From NCBI RefSeq assembly GCF_009914755.1, contig NC_060925.1: DNA of 64,000 bases; one strand, given 5' to 3'. Below the pieces are notes generated by a model. That model was not told the origin of the DNA. It did no database searches and worked only from the letters and a program-made list of their open reading frames with translations. Both the position numbers and the translations under genes were made by a program. Numbering within the stretch: position 1 is the stretch's first letter; every line of letters starts with the position of its first letter. This document shows, one piece after another, positions 1 to 15,843 of this stretch. This stretch comes from the human T2T-CHM13v2.0 reference genome, Homo sapiens.

Positions 1-224
1 CACACCTCTAACTACTTGGGGGACAATTCCACCTGCATGGTCCACAGGCAACTCAGACTTGCAAGGTCCAAACCAAACGAGTTCTGCTCCTTAAATTTCC
101 CCCCTTCCCCTATACCAAGGGCGGAGCCACCATTCACACAACTCACAAGCCATAAACTTGGGAGACATTTTTCACTCCTCCCTCCAGCCCCACATTCCAA
201 CCATCTGCTTTCTCTTTTAAATTT

Positions 225-384
225 CATTTTATTTTTAGAGACACTGTCTTGCTCTGTCACCCAGGCTGGTGTGCAGTGGCATGATCATGGCTCATTGCAG
301 CCTTGAACTCTTGGCCTCAAGCTATCCTCCTGCCTCAGCCTCCTGAGTTGCTAAGAATACAGGCTCAAGATATTGCACCCAGCC
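225..384 (-). mobile_element. Alu monomer (FRAM/AluJ right arm)
   Basis: Alu right-arm sequence with T-rich tail. Confidence 0.8.
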
Positions 385-489
385 CACCTTCCTTCTAAAT
401 CAGTGGCATTGTCCTTGCCACGGCCACTGACCTAGGCTCACGTCACTGAGACACTCTCCAGCCCATCTTCCACATCCAGTCTTGTGCCC

Positions 490-670
490 TCCAAGCCATT
501 GTATGGACATAGCTAGAGAGGTCAAAAGTAAGCCCGAACAGCCCAAATGTCCATCAGTTGGAGGAATGGGTGGACAATTCGTAGTGCTCACCCACACAAC
601 GGAATATTATTCATCCAGAAAGAGTAATGAAGTCCTGATACATGTTACAATGCTGATGAACTTCAAAAAC
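490..670 (+). mobile_element. Old L1M 3' fragment
   Basis: cagcccaaatgtccatcagttggaggaatgg...ggaatattattcatcc...gatacatgttacaatgctgatgaacttcaaaaaca. Confidence 0.6.
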
Positions 671-1378
671 ACACACCATCACAGCCACCACACACACACA
701 ATCACAACCACCACACACACAATCACCACACACACCATCACAGCCACCACGCACACACACAATCACAACCACCACACACACCATCACAGCCATCACACAC
801 ACAATCACAACCACCACACGCACAATTACCACACACACCATCACAGCCACCACGCACACACACAATCACAAGCACCACACACACCACCACAGCCACCACA
901 CATGCACATCATCACAACCACCACACACCATCACAACCACCACATACACAATCACCACACACACCATCACAGCCACCACTGCCACCACACATACACCATC
1001 ACAACCACCACACACACAATCATGACCATGACACACACCATCACAACCACCACACACAATCACACACATACCATCACACACACACAATCACACACATACC
1101 ATCACACACACAATCACCACGCATACCATCACAGCCACGACACACACAATCACAACCACCACACACAATCACACACACCATCACAGCCACCACACACAAT
1201 CACAACCACCACACAATCACACACACCATCACAACCACCACAGCCACGATACACACACCATCACAACCACCACACACGCAATCACCATCATCACAACCAC
1301 CACACACAGTCACCACACGCATCATCACAACCATCACACAAACACACAATCACGACACACCACCACACATCATCATCA
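668..1378. repeat. About 700-bp CA-rich degenerate tandem repeat (units such as CACACACAATCACAACCAC / CACACACCATCACAGCCAC)
   Basis: Directly visible; accounts for the His/Thr-rich and Val/Cys-rich ORFs. Confidence 0.95.
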
Positions 1379-2634
1379 TTCTCCACAGAGCACAGCAGCA
1401 GGGCGGGTGCAGGCAGAGCAGTGGCTGGGGGCGTCACTGCAAGAGTGAAGGGGCCAGGCCGCGCAGAGCCTGTGAGCCAGGCTGGAGCGCTTCACCCTGC
1501 AGGCAATGGGGGGCCGTGGCTGGCCTGAGCAGAAAGGTCCCTCTGCTGGGGTGTGGGAATGGAGTAGAGAGGCGGGAGTGGCCATGGCCAACTGTTCAGA
1601 AAAAGCCCCTGAGGGAGGCAGATGGCACCCTCGCAGTCCCTGCAACGCGGGGTAGGTGGAAAGGGTGTGCTCAGGTGCCAGAGCAAGAATTCTTGGACCT
1701 AGAACCTGGAACCACGTGCAAGCTGACATCCTCCCTCACCCTTAGTGCACCACACTCCGTGGCTTGGTCGTGGTCTGGACGAAATTGGGGCATGGCTGGA
1801 GGCGGGAGCTGGGTGGTCTGGTGGTGGCAGTGGGGCGAGAGAGAAAGGAGTGGACTGGAGAGATGGTGGTACGTGGGCGGACAGAGCTGGATGAGAGACC
1901 TGGGAGAGGGAGAAATCCGAGGCCAGCGCAGAAGTCTGGGTGTGGAGAGGCCGCTCATCCAAACGACAGGAGAGGCTCAGGGAGCGCCAATGATTCCGTG
2001 TGAGGCACAGGGCGTGGCTGCGGGTGGGTGGGAGGGCGACTGCAGCATGGGAAATTTCGGTGGAGAACCAGATCAGGAGTCACCAAATACCATGGAGATG
2101 GTAACAAAGCCTACAGGGAGGCAGGGATTGTGCGGGGAGTCTGCAGCAGCAAAACCCCTGCTGGGATGAGGGGCCGGGCCCTCTCTGACCCCAGACCAGG
2201 CAAGGCTCCCGTCGTCCCCACTTTGCCACACTTGCTCGTCTAGGGGGACTGACCAGCCCCTGTTCGCCCAGGACTTTTCTCCTTTAAAACTGAGAGTCCC
2301 ACGTCCCGGGAATCCCCGAGTCCCAGGCAAACTGGGGTAAACCGGAACAATGGATTACGCCTCGCTTATCTCAGCCTTAAGGTTTGTTTGCTGTCTGTCT
2401 CCCCTAGTCAACGGTCACAGGAGGGACTAGGGGCTGCTTTGGGATGGAGGAGGAAAGCCGCAGGAAGCACCTTGGATCTTTTCCCGGCCTGGAAACCGGC
2501 GCCACTCGGCTGTGGCGTCTGTGGGTGTGTGGGTGGTTTGGCCTCCCAGGTCTCCCAGGCTCTCTTCCTCATCACTCTTTCTCTCCAGGGTGGCCGGCAG
2601 CTCCCGGTGGTGCCACGGAGCCCTCCTTGTGGTC

Positions 2635-2650
2635 CCACAAGATGGCGCTG
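2635..2650 (+). promoter_or_regulatory. Candidate CTCF site overlapping a YY1 core (CCACAAGATGGCGCTG)
   Basis: Close match to CCASYAGRKGGCRS inside a CpG-enriched non-repetitive segment. Confidence 0.5.
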
Positions 2651-4228
2651 TGTCCAACGCTAGCCCCGGCCTCTGCCAGAGAGGCAGGGGGACCCGGAGC
2701 GGAGCCACCTCTGAGCCCTTCCCAGACTCGGGGGTTCAGGGACGCGCAGGCAGCACGCACAGGCCGCCTCTTTCTCCAGGCATAGTCGTACTCACACGCA
2801 CTCTCCCGCCCACCCAGACCCCAGATCCCCCGACACTCACAGCACGGCAGGAGCATAGGCAGAGCCAGGAGGGACCCGAGGGAGCGTCAGTTCCAGTCCC
2901 CTCTAGAGACAGTGCACGCGCGTCCACACACACGGGCATACACGCACATGAACACACACAGGAACACCCCACACACAACCACACACGCGCACCCCCACCT
3001 TGGGCTGTCAGGCGCCCCGCTTTGCTGAGGCTCCACCTTCCCCTTGAACTCTCCCTTCCCACTACCCCTGCCGTGCCCCTCACAGCTCTGCAGTGGGCAT
3101 CAAATGAGGCACTGGGGGAGACAGTCTCGCGTGAGGTGTGGGGGGTAACATTAGATCCACAGGCACATATGCAAACACACCCAGGCACACCCGCCCCCTC
3201 ACACCTGTGCCCCAGCCACATAGGAGGGAACGCCCGGGAATGCCAGCAGGGGACACACGGACACGCGGCTCACAAACTTGAGCTCGGGCTGCTCGGAGCT
3301 GCAGGTCCGGTCTGGACATCTGACACCAGCGGGGTCCCCCCTCCCAGCATCTCTTTCTGCCTTGAAACTAAACTGGGGACAGGGGGCCAAAGCCCAGGCA
3401 GGATTTCCCCAAGTTCAGTTCTGGCTGGGAATATGCTCTTGCATCCCACTGGCACCCCTGGCCCTGGTTCCAGCTCCCTCTATCCTGGCTGTGGGACCAC
3501 AGGCAAGGTCCTCTCCTCTCTAATCCCTCCCCTGCTCCCTGGGGCTGAATTTTCTTCTATCAGACCTTAAAGAGGGCTTGGGGTATCCTGGTGAGAGACT
3601 TGGGCAGTGAGAGATGCACTGGGCTGGCGGGTCTGGCACACCTAAGTCAGAAATCCCTCTCCTCTGCAGACCCTCTGGGTGACCTTGGGCACCAGGATGA
3701 ACCTCGCTGAGGGAATTCTGTCTCTAAGGAGCCTGATGAAGGCCCTGGTATGCCAGCGGCAGATGGGAGCTCTTTGCTTCCTCTAGGACACAGGGAATTA
3801 TTATTTTGTGGCAGGGGAGTGTGTGCAGGGGGAACCTGGGGAAAAGAAAGGATTTCCACAGCCCTGATAGAGCTGAGATTATCAAATGATGAGATCTGCA
3901 TCCGCAGAGAAGAAAAGGGTGAGCCAGTCTCAGAGCCCACCTGACTCCTTCCAACCCCACCCAGCCCTGTGAGCTCCTTCACTCTGCCAAGGTGTGGCCA
4001 AATCAGAGGAGGAGTGGGTGTCCAGGAGCGTGGGCTGTGGCCTGGGCATTCCTGCTTCCGTGTATATCTGGGTCTGTGTGGAAGCATGTGCAGGAGGGTA
4101 TCTCTCCACGTGGCCGAGAGTGTACACCAGGGGAGCCTGGTGGTTTGGGTTGAAATCCCAGCGACATTTGTGGGCCTTGTGACTTTGTCCAAGCTCTTTA
4201 CCTCAATGTGCCTCTATTTCCCCATTTA

Positions 4229-4552
<324 letters not shown>

Positions 4553-7500
4553 TTATGATAATAATAACTGAATAATAGCACAGATCTCACAGGGATGAAA
4601 GCGATGATACTAGTAAAAGCAGTTAGCTGAATGCCTGGTGGCACACGGTTGGTGTTCAAAAAAGTGTTAATAGCTATTTTGTGTATGCAGCTGCACTACA
4701 TATTCCTTCATTCATTTTCATTCATTCGATGAGTCCCTCTCTGTGCCTGGCTGGTCCTGTGCTGGAGACTGAGGACACAGAAATGAATCAGACGGGGTTC
4801 TTGACCTCCAGGAGCATCCAGGATGACAGGGGAGACAGATCTGAACGCTGATGGCAAAGCAGAGCAGATGATGAAAGAGGAGCCAGGAGGCAGGAACGGG
4901 GAAGAGGCCCCTGGAAAAGGAGGGGCGCCCTCTCTCAGATCCCCACGCTCGCTGTGCACCAGTTCCGCTGGAGCCTTCATTGTTCCTGAACTGACCACCT
5001 GCCTTCCTACTTCCAGGCCTTTGCTCGTGCTCTGTCCTCTGCCCAGAATGCCTTCCCCTGCATTCTGCCTGGTCACTGCTGCACATCTTTAAAAGATTCA
5101 GCCTCAACAGTACTTCCTCCCTCCCACTCAGACTAAATGGCTCTTGGCTTTGACCACCACACGGATCAGAGACGACCCACACCTACAGTCTCCGGGAGCT
5201 ACTTGTTTCCAACCCTAGATCTATCATCAACTTACTGTGTCACCTTCAGCATTTGAATTTACCTCTTAGGCCTCAGTTTCCCCTCTACAAAATGGGCAAC
5301 ACCTCTTTCTCAGGACAGATATGAGGATCAAAGGGCGGAATGTCTGGGGAAAGCACTTTGCAAATTGTAAATTGCTGGGCACCTGGACAGGGGAGTTGTT
5401 ATTCAAACAGCTTCCTTTCCTCTCTTGGATGGGAGCCAAAAATTGTGTATACCCCACCGGTTCCGGCTGCGTTTACCTGGAGCTCAGGTGTGGGGCTGTT
5501 TCTGTTTAGGGTTTGTTTGTGTTTGATTTCAAAGGCAGGGAAACTCCCTCGAACAGGTGATGTGGGCGGAGCCTAGTCAACACAGTTGCCAGGGGAATCC
5601 CGAGGGATGGGGGCCCTGATCACCCCCCACGGTGATCAGGCAGAAACTCACCCCCTGGAAGGAGAAAGGGCAGTGAGATTGCACTGCAGGGACAGGATGT
5701 CCTTTGGAGTCAGGTGACCTGGGTGCAAGTCTGGCTTTTCCGGGGAACCTTAGGCCAATCACCTTCTCTCGAGGGCTTCAGCTATAAAGTCAGTCCGTAG
5801 GATTTATAATTTGGGAAGCCTCTTTTACCCTGGGAGGCTGGGGGAGTCAAGTGGAGACCAGGAGCTGGTGTGACCATCCAAGGTCTCCCAGGCCTTGACC
5901 CTGCTGCGTGGGAAGTCCCTCCCCAGACAGGCCCTGTCCCCACCTGCCTCTCTGGCTTCGTTGCCTCCGCTCTCTCCTTTCCACTCTGTGCTCCAGCCAC
6001 CTGGTGAACTCAGAGTCCCCTCAAGCTCCCCAAATCTCTAATCTCCTGCCTCCCCCAGCCCCCGGTCTGAAGCACCCTTCCTGCCCTTTCTCCTGTTCGG
6101 TGTTACCTCTCAGGACCCTGCCCAGGCATCACCTCTTCCAGGCCGTATTGGGGCTTCTGTTCTGGCCACAATACTCATTTGCTTTGAGTCACTGTTGGTT
6201 TATGGGCAGGTCTCCCCAAACCACTTATATTTGCCACTGTCTACCCTACAGCTCCTGGGTTCAGGGCAGGGCACCCAAAGGCATGAATAAATACCCCTGG
6301 AGTGCCCTTCGCTTGGTGGGGCCATCTGGGAAGTGCATGTGGTTTCATAGGAAGCCTCCAGGAGGAAGTGAGCTCAGGTCTCCACTCCATCACTTACTCC
6401 CTCACAAGACAGCAGGCAGTCTTCCCTAAGCCCCTAAGCTTGCTGAGCCCCAGCTTTCTCACCTGTGAAGTGGGGGAATTGTGAGGGTTAGAGTGGGTGC
6501 ATGCCCGGGGGGCTCAGTGACCAGAACCCACTACTACTGTATCTCCATTGCTTCCAGCTAGACCAAGGGAGATGGCGTCCTTGGCTCTTTGCAATGCGCT
6601 CTGCGGAGCGGCAGCCAGGGAGGCTCTGAGTAGCTGTGAGGTCTAGGCCCAGCTGGGGCCAGGGTGCTCAGAAAGCCAGAGCTGACTTCCCAAAGGTGCC
6701 CAACTCCCATGGCTGGATGGGCTTGGAAGAAGCCAGCAGAGGGCAGTGAGCCCTGCTGATTTTCCAGGAAGGAGGCCAGCCAGGGCCTTGTTGACTTTGA
6801 AGGGGAACATCAGGTGGCCCTGGGAGGAACTGAGGCTCAGTGTCCAGGTCAGCAGGGCCTGGCTTGCTCACTGTGTTTCTGGTGCCTGCGTGGGCACAAC
6901 AGGCAGGCCAGTCAGTCATGAGTTCCTGGAAGACTTGACTGGGGGCAGCTCTGAGCTCTGACAAGGCACCTGCCATGGGGCAGCAGTTTGTTGGGGCTTC
7001 TCTAGGGCCTCAGAAGCCCAGAACCCATTTTACAGCCTCCAAGGGGGCTGTGTCTTAATGGTCAATACTTAGGGAGCCTGTACTCTGCACTGATCGCTGT
7101 ATCCAGAAAAGGAGTCAGAGTTCACGTGTAGAAGCGGGGACTCTGAAATCAAACCACCAGTTTGAGGCCTGGCTATGGTTACTATGGGTTACTCTCCATG
7201 CCTTGCTTCCACCAGCACTGAGGCCTAAGCAATTAATACATATGAAGTGTCTAGAACAGTTCTTGGCTCTTGGTATTAGCCTTCACCTAATGGGAGCTAT
7301 GAGCTGTGACCTCAAGCAAGTTACCCAAATTCTCTGTGCCTCAGTTTCCTCATCTGTGAAATGGGGCTCCTAACAGTACCCACCTCACACTGTTATTACA
7401 AAGGCTACATGAACTAACTTAGGCAAAGCGCATAGATTCTTAGAACAACATCAGGTGCACAGTGCTCTGTGTGAATACTTGGCATGTATTTTGTTACAGC

Positions 7501-7568
7501 TGCAAATGTGAGTTGGTTATGACGTGTTTTCTCATGACCTCCCTGACATGCTCTACTGTAATGGTTGA

Positions 7569-7922
<354 letters not shown>

Positions 7923-9047
7923 TAAATGAGCAAATAAATGCAAACAAATCTAGAAAAATGCCTGGCATTGAGTAAATCTCAATAAATGTTCCTACTATTA
8001 GTCTTAATTTACAGATGAGGAAACTGAGGCTTAGAGAGGTTTTGGAATATGACTGAGCTTCCAGACACTGAGTGGCAGGGCCAAGATAGGAACAACTCCA
8101 ACCCCATCTCCTGAAACCATGTACCTCATTCCTCCCTGGATCCGAACACCCCAGCCTGGGTCCTGGCTCGTGATGGGTGCTGGGGAAGGGTGTCCCAAAG
8201 GAGGCATGGGGAATTGCTCGGTCTATAGACCAAAGTTACTCAGGTGGAAGGTGGCAGAGATAGACTGGAATCCAGAGCTCAGCTCACTGTGTCAAACTGA
8301 CATTTTCCAACAGTGTGTCTGGTTCTAATAGATCAAGAGCCTTTCTACATGGTAGGCTGTGTCCCAGGAGAAGACATCAATGACAGAAAAGGATATTCGC
8401 TTGCCCCTCTTGGTCCAGTGGGTGCCCTTGTTCTGAAGCCAAGGACACAGGGGGCCGCTTCCACAGTGGTTCCAAGAGAAGCAGCCAGTGCCATCTTGGT
8501 GCCTTAAATAATAACTTCCCAGCCTGTCTTTCTAACATTGCCCCAATACACCTCCCAGCACCCCCTACAGCCCTCTTCCTGGCTCCCAGCCATGACAGGC
8601 TCTTTCATGCCTCTTTGCATTTGCACATGCTGTTCCCTATGCCTGGGATGCCATTCCCCCTCCTCCCTGTGCCTGAGGGATGAGTCTCCTGGCGGTGTGA
8701 GTCCTCCCTTATACAAATTGAGTCATTCATCTTAACCCTGTCTTGTTCTCAAAAGTCTTTGACACAAAAGCACTTTGTCTATTTCTCTGCAAGTCTCCAT
8801 GTGCGCCTCTGGATCTACCCGTTCCTCTTCACCCTGCTCTGTGCCCTGGGGAGGCCAACCCACACTGACTGCATGCACTGCCTTGGAGGCAGGAGGAGAA
8901 GGAAGCCAGGTCCTGTGGTTGGCTGTGCCCCTCCGTGGAAGCACACATCTCTTCCCCTCACCCTTCAGACCTGAGGATGATAAGGGCTCCTCACTGTCAC
9001 TCGCCCCAGGTTCTGCACTCTCCCTTGTGGCTTCTCTATCCCCCGCC

Positions 9048-9510
<463 letters not shown>

Positions 9511-11232
9511 TAGACAGTGAGCTCCTGGGGGCAGGCCATGCCTGAGCCAGTCTGCATCCCTGTGCAGGAGGACACGGAGAAGGCACCTGAGAAATGCCCT
9601 TGACTTAGATTGCACCACAATACAGGCATCCCACACACAGGACTGAATGACTTGAATGAAGTCGAATCCATCCATTCATTCACTCATTCAACCACAGATA
9701 CTCATTGGGTGGCAGGGGTGAACAAGATGAAGATAGCCTCACGAAGCTGGCTTTGCAGTGAGGGGAATCAAGCATAGACAAGCAGAAGCAGACAGCTAAT
9801 GGCATTTCAGATAGTGATGCCTGCTAGGAAGGAAATGAAGAAAAGCAAAGGGGTACCAGGGACAGGCTGGGGATGCTATTTTAGGTAAGTGGTCGGGGGG
9901 TCACGTGAGTAGAAAGGGACATGAAGGGGCCGAGTCAGGAGACGCTGTGGTGGAAGGACATTCCATGTGGAGGACTGTGGGTGGAAACAGCCTTGGTCTG
10001 TTGGAAAACAGCAGGGAAGCTGGGAGGTGGGATAGGGGATGGGGTGGGGACTTGCTTTCTTTTTAGGCCTCTCCCAACTCTGGGATATGAGGACTCCTCA
10101 GGGAAGCCCTTACCCAGGCCAGAGCCCACCAGCCAACCATTTCCTGATCCATCCAGGGGAAGCCCTGCGCTGGGTGCTCTCTCTATGTTCTCTCACTTAA
10201 TCCTCATGATAATCTGGTGAGGAGGGTGTTTCTACCCCCATCCTACACATGAGGAAACCAAGACTTAGAGGTTAAGCAACCTACCCAAGGTCACACAGAG
10301 TCAGGGAAAGAACTGGAAATGATCCCAAGTCTGCCTGACCTGCAGCCTGGAGAGTGTTTTCCCAAGACCAATGCATCCATTTGCCAGGGACCCTTTCCTC
10401 AGTGACATCAGCCTTGCTGGGACAAGCCGGCAGCAGGATCCAAAGCTCCCATTCAAGGGTTGGCATGTCCCGTGGTCACACAGCCTATGGGGAGGGAGCT
10501 GGGGTTCAAGCCTGGCTCTTTCCACAGCCCCTCACTCTGAAAAGAGAAAATTGGTAGGTGAGCAAGCAAGCTGTGCCGTGCCCGCCGTGCCCGACACTCT
10601 TCCAGGGCCAGGGCATGTTGGCTAATGGGTATCATTTCAGCCCTTTCATTTCTAATAGACACTGTGCTGTCATAAAGACTATCATTTTCCACAGCTCACA
10701 CAGATAATCAACATGCTGGCTGCCTGGAGGGCTGGGAATGTCAGTATTTGGGCACATCTGTGAAGATAAAACCATCCTCTCATTCTCTACTATTTCAATC
10801 CTTTCCCAACCAGACACAGCCCTTGCATTTGAGGGCATTGGCCTGGGATCCCAAGAGGCTCCAGCCTGCTGCACGATGCCCCCAGTTCAGGGAAGAACTA
10901 AGTTTCAACATTCCATAGCCATATGACCTTGGGCACAGCACTTACCCTTCCAGAGCCTCACTTTCCCCATCTGTAAAATGGGGGCAATTAGGGCTAACTT
11001 GCAAAGTGTCTTAAACGAGATTATTACCATGGACCTGTGAGTCCACTTAAAAGCTCTGACTTAGAAACCCAAGTTCTAGGCCCAGCCTTGCCATTGATTT
11101 GCTGTGTGACCTTGGGGGAGCCATGTTAAACATCTGCCACATAGTCGGTGCTTAGGAGGTGGTAGCTAGGACAGTGATGGTGCTGAAGGTATGATGTTTG
11201 TCACATTTTGCCAATAAGAAAACTGAGGCCAA

Positions 11233-11515
11233 GGACAGGCACGATGACTCACGCCTGTAATCCCAGCACTTTGGGAGGCCAAGGCAGGCGAATCACTTGA
11301 GGCCAGGAGTTCGAGATCAGGCTGGCCAACATGGCGAAACCTCATCTCTACTAAAAATACAAAAATTAGCCAGATGTACACCTGTAATCCCAGCTACTCG
11401 GGAGGCTGAAACAGGAGAATCGCTTGAACCCGGGAGGCAGAGGTTGTAGTAGTGAGTCGGGATTGTGCCACTGTACTCCAGCCTGGCAATAAAGTGAGAC
11501 TCCGTCAAAACAAGA
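11233..11515 (+). mobile_element. AluS
   Basis: Dimer with small internal deletion. Confidence 0.9.
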
Positions 11516-11634
11516 AAGAAAGAGAAGGAAGGAAGGAAGGAGAAAAAGAAAGAAAAGAAAGAAAGAAGAAAGAAAGAAAGAAAGAAAAGAAAGAAAGAAA
11601 GGAAGGAAGGAAGGAAAAGAAAAGAAAAGAAAAG

Positions 11635-11665
<31 letters not shown>

Positions 11666-11685
11666 GAAAAGAAAAAAAAAGAAAA
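11510..11685. repeat. (GAAA)n/(GGAA)n/(GAAAA)n polypurine tract derived from an Alu tail
   Basis: Directly visible after the Alu at 11233. Confidence 0.93.
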
Positions 11686-13043
11686 CTGAGCCACAGAAGG
11701 AAATGGGCTCATGAAGATGAAGGTACCTGGCTGGTGAAGGTAACTGCTTGAAGGTACCTGGCTCAAGACTGACAGTGAGAAGGTGGGTAGGAGAGAAAGA
11801 AGAAGGGGGCTCTACTCCCAACACCCTAGGGCAGATTCAAGACTCTCCCGCCGGCACACCTACCCTGACAAAAGTCCCTAATTCACTAGAAGAGCTTAAA
11901 CCCATTTCTAACTCTTCCAGTTGGACTTGAACCCATTTTAATTCCTAATGTCCAGGCAACTTTTTCCCTTGCTTAATTCATTTCTTACTTTGTTGGCTCT
12001 TCGTCATTTTTTTTCCAAGTTACCAAAGCATCTGTCCCTCTCCCTCCGCAGTTCTGCTCTCCCACACCAAACGCCTTGCAGGTAGGAATCTCATCTGGCG
12101 TGTGTGCTGCTGTGTGCCTGGAGCCTCTGCCACAGCAACAGACACAAAATCTGGAATCCAGTGGATGCTTGTTGGGTTGTTGAGTGAATTGTAATTGGGC
12201 CATAGTTTTTTTAACTTGATGCCAGTGGGCAGCATGGTCAATCTGGAGATTTCTGCTATTGTGAAAGGACTCTCCGGAGTGATCATTACGCAAATACAAA
12301 GACGAGCAGGGGGAAAATGGTGTATTATAAATGCATTTTTTGTTTATTTTTCATTAATAAGATTGCTTCACTTCTTGGTGTCAAGAAGAGCTCTGAGAAG
12401 GATGGATCAATTTGTATAATAATCCCAGAGGTCTTCTCATGAGGAAACCCAACCCCAGCTCCCTGTGATATGAACTTAGAAAATGTGGGTAGACTGGAGT
12501 AGCTCTGAGTAGACTGGAGTAGCTCTGACTGAAGTCCAAAGGCAGGAGAGGGTACAGAGGGCTCCAAAGAGAACTCCTCTGGAGGGCAAAGATGGGCTGG
12601 TGATCTGAGCTTGGCATCAGGGGCAAGGACAGAGACGTGTGGGACTTCAATCAGCTTTTGTCAAGGATCACAGACATTTAAGGAAAAACTCCAACATGAA
12701 AGAGAGACACCAGCCTTCAGCTCCAATCTCACGACTGAGCACAGTGTGTGGCCTGCCGCGGTTTATATGGGGCTGTGACCCAGCAGGGCATCGCCACCTC
12801 CACGGACAAGCGTCTGCCAAGATGTGCAGGTCCAGCCTTCAACACTGACACCATGTGGCAGGGGCTGAAGTGAGGGCACTGGATGGGACTTCGGCTCCCT
12901 TTCTCTATTCCTGGAGTTTGGAGGCAGAGACAGCTTGCTTTAGACAAAGTTCCCAGGGTTCCTGGGTCAATTCAGGATGGTGAAGGCCCCTGGATGGATA
13001 CTTCATTAGCTTCCTGCTAATGAAGGTCTAAGATGAGCAATTA

Positions 13044-13473
<430 letters not shown>

Positions 13474-13839
13474 TTATAGAATGAGTCAGTTTTATCTACA
13501 CTCTGCCACCAGTGACCACAACTATCCAAACTGACAAGTAACACACGTGGGAGAGTTCTTTTCTACAGCAGAATATCTTTAAAATTAATAACAGCAATTG
13601 CATATACATACACAGCATGCTACAGATTACAAAGCTCTTATCCATCTCTGCCCGCCTCTGAGCCTCATGCCAGCCCTGTGAGATAGCAGGGCAGAATGAC
13701 TGTCCCTAGGAAATGGAGGCTCAGAGAGGGATATGACCTGCCAATGGTCACCAAGTCAGCAAGTCCCCGTCCCACCCCTGTTATGGGTCCCTAAGCTGCC
13801 TCCCAGGCATGTCAGATGCCAGGTCCCTATGCTGTCTAT

Positions 13840-14223
<384 letters not shown>

Positions 14224-14486
14224 CTATATATGTGGGGTTCTCAGTACCAGGGGGGCAGAGCCCGAGGAGCCTGTGTTCTAGTCCTAACTCTGAGCCTCAG
14301 TGATCCCATCTGTAAAAGGAGTACCGTGAAGGTAAGCTGTCTGGAAGGACGATATCAGATTTGGTGCCAGTGTTTCTCTGGCTAATGTTCTGGGGCCATT
14401 TACCATGGTCCAGGCTCTATATTTTAAGTATCTTATTTAATTCTCACAACAATGTTCTCTTATTGGTACCACTAAAACCCCCATGT

Positions 14487-14905
<419 letters not shown>

Positions 14906-15575
14906 TCAGATCTGCCCAACTCTTAACTGTGCTCTTGGCCATCACACCTCACTCAAACAAAAGAATATAGAACCAAAGGGGGCTTTTCAAAGCATCGACT
15001 CCAATCCCCCATCCTTGGCAAATTTACAGACATGACTACTGAGGCCTGGAAGGGCGATGACTTGCCCAGAGCTAGAGAAGCCAAGTCTCCTGCCTCCACC
15101 TTAGGAGCTTTGTCCCCGGTGCTGTATGGCTTCCCCCTGCAGCCTTTTCTCCCGATGATATCTGCAGTAGGTATCCTGCCGTTGAGCCCCTGGCCACCCC
15201 AGGGACAGCAGCCTAGTGTTGGGAAGAGCCATCGAGGAACAAGATGTGGGGGCCTGGCACCCTGCTGCCCTCCCCACCTCAGATGAAGGAGTCGAGTGGC
15301 CCTGAGACAATGGGCCTGCAGGCCCAGGCTGGAGGGCAGCATTGTGATGGGCAGTCTGGCGTGGTCAGCAGTGATGCAGAACTACTCTCCCAACCACGCC
15401 CAATCTGCAGCAGCCACTGCCTTCTTCAGGGTTTCCTAACTGGCCCCATCTAGCAAGTAGCACTCCTGAGAGGACGCTTCTAAAAATCAAAGCTGCCTAG
15501 CAGAGTCACAGTAGCCGTGAATAGTAGGAAGTCCCCAGCACCAGAGACTGGGTGACCCTTTTGGGGAAGGGTTGA

Positions 15576-15843
<268 letters not shown>

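Noticed and set aside
482-1528. 348-aa His/Thr-rich ORF
   Set aside because: Translation of the CA-rich tandem repeat plus L1 remnant; non-ATG start and no splice or homology support
2512-3570. 352-aa ORF
   Set aside because: Non-ATG start, GC-rich low-complexity composition, no recognisable domain
10022-10050. G-quadruplex-compatible G-run cluster
   Set aside because: Common in GC-rich human DNA and not linked to any feature here
11317-11824. Phe/Leu/Ser-rich 'membrane-like' and Lys/Arg/Glu-rich ORFs
   Set aside because: Translations of the (GAAA)n Alu tail
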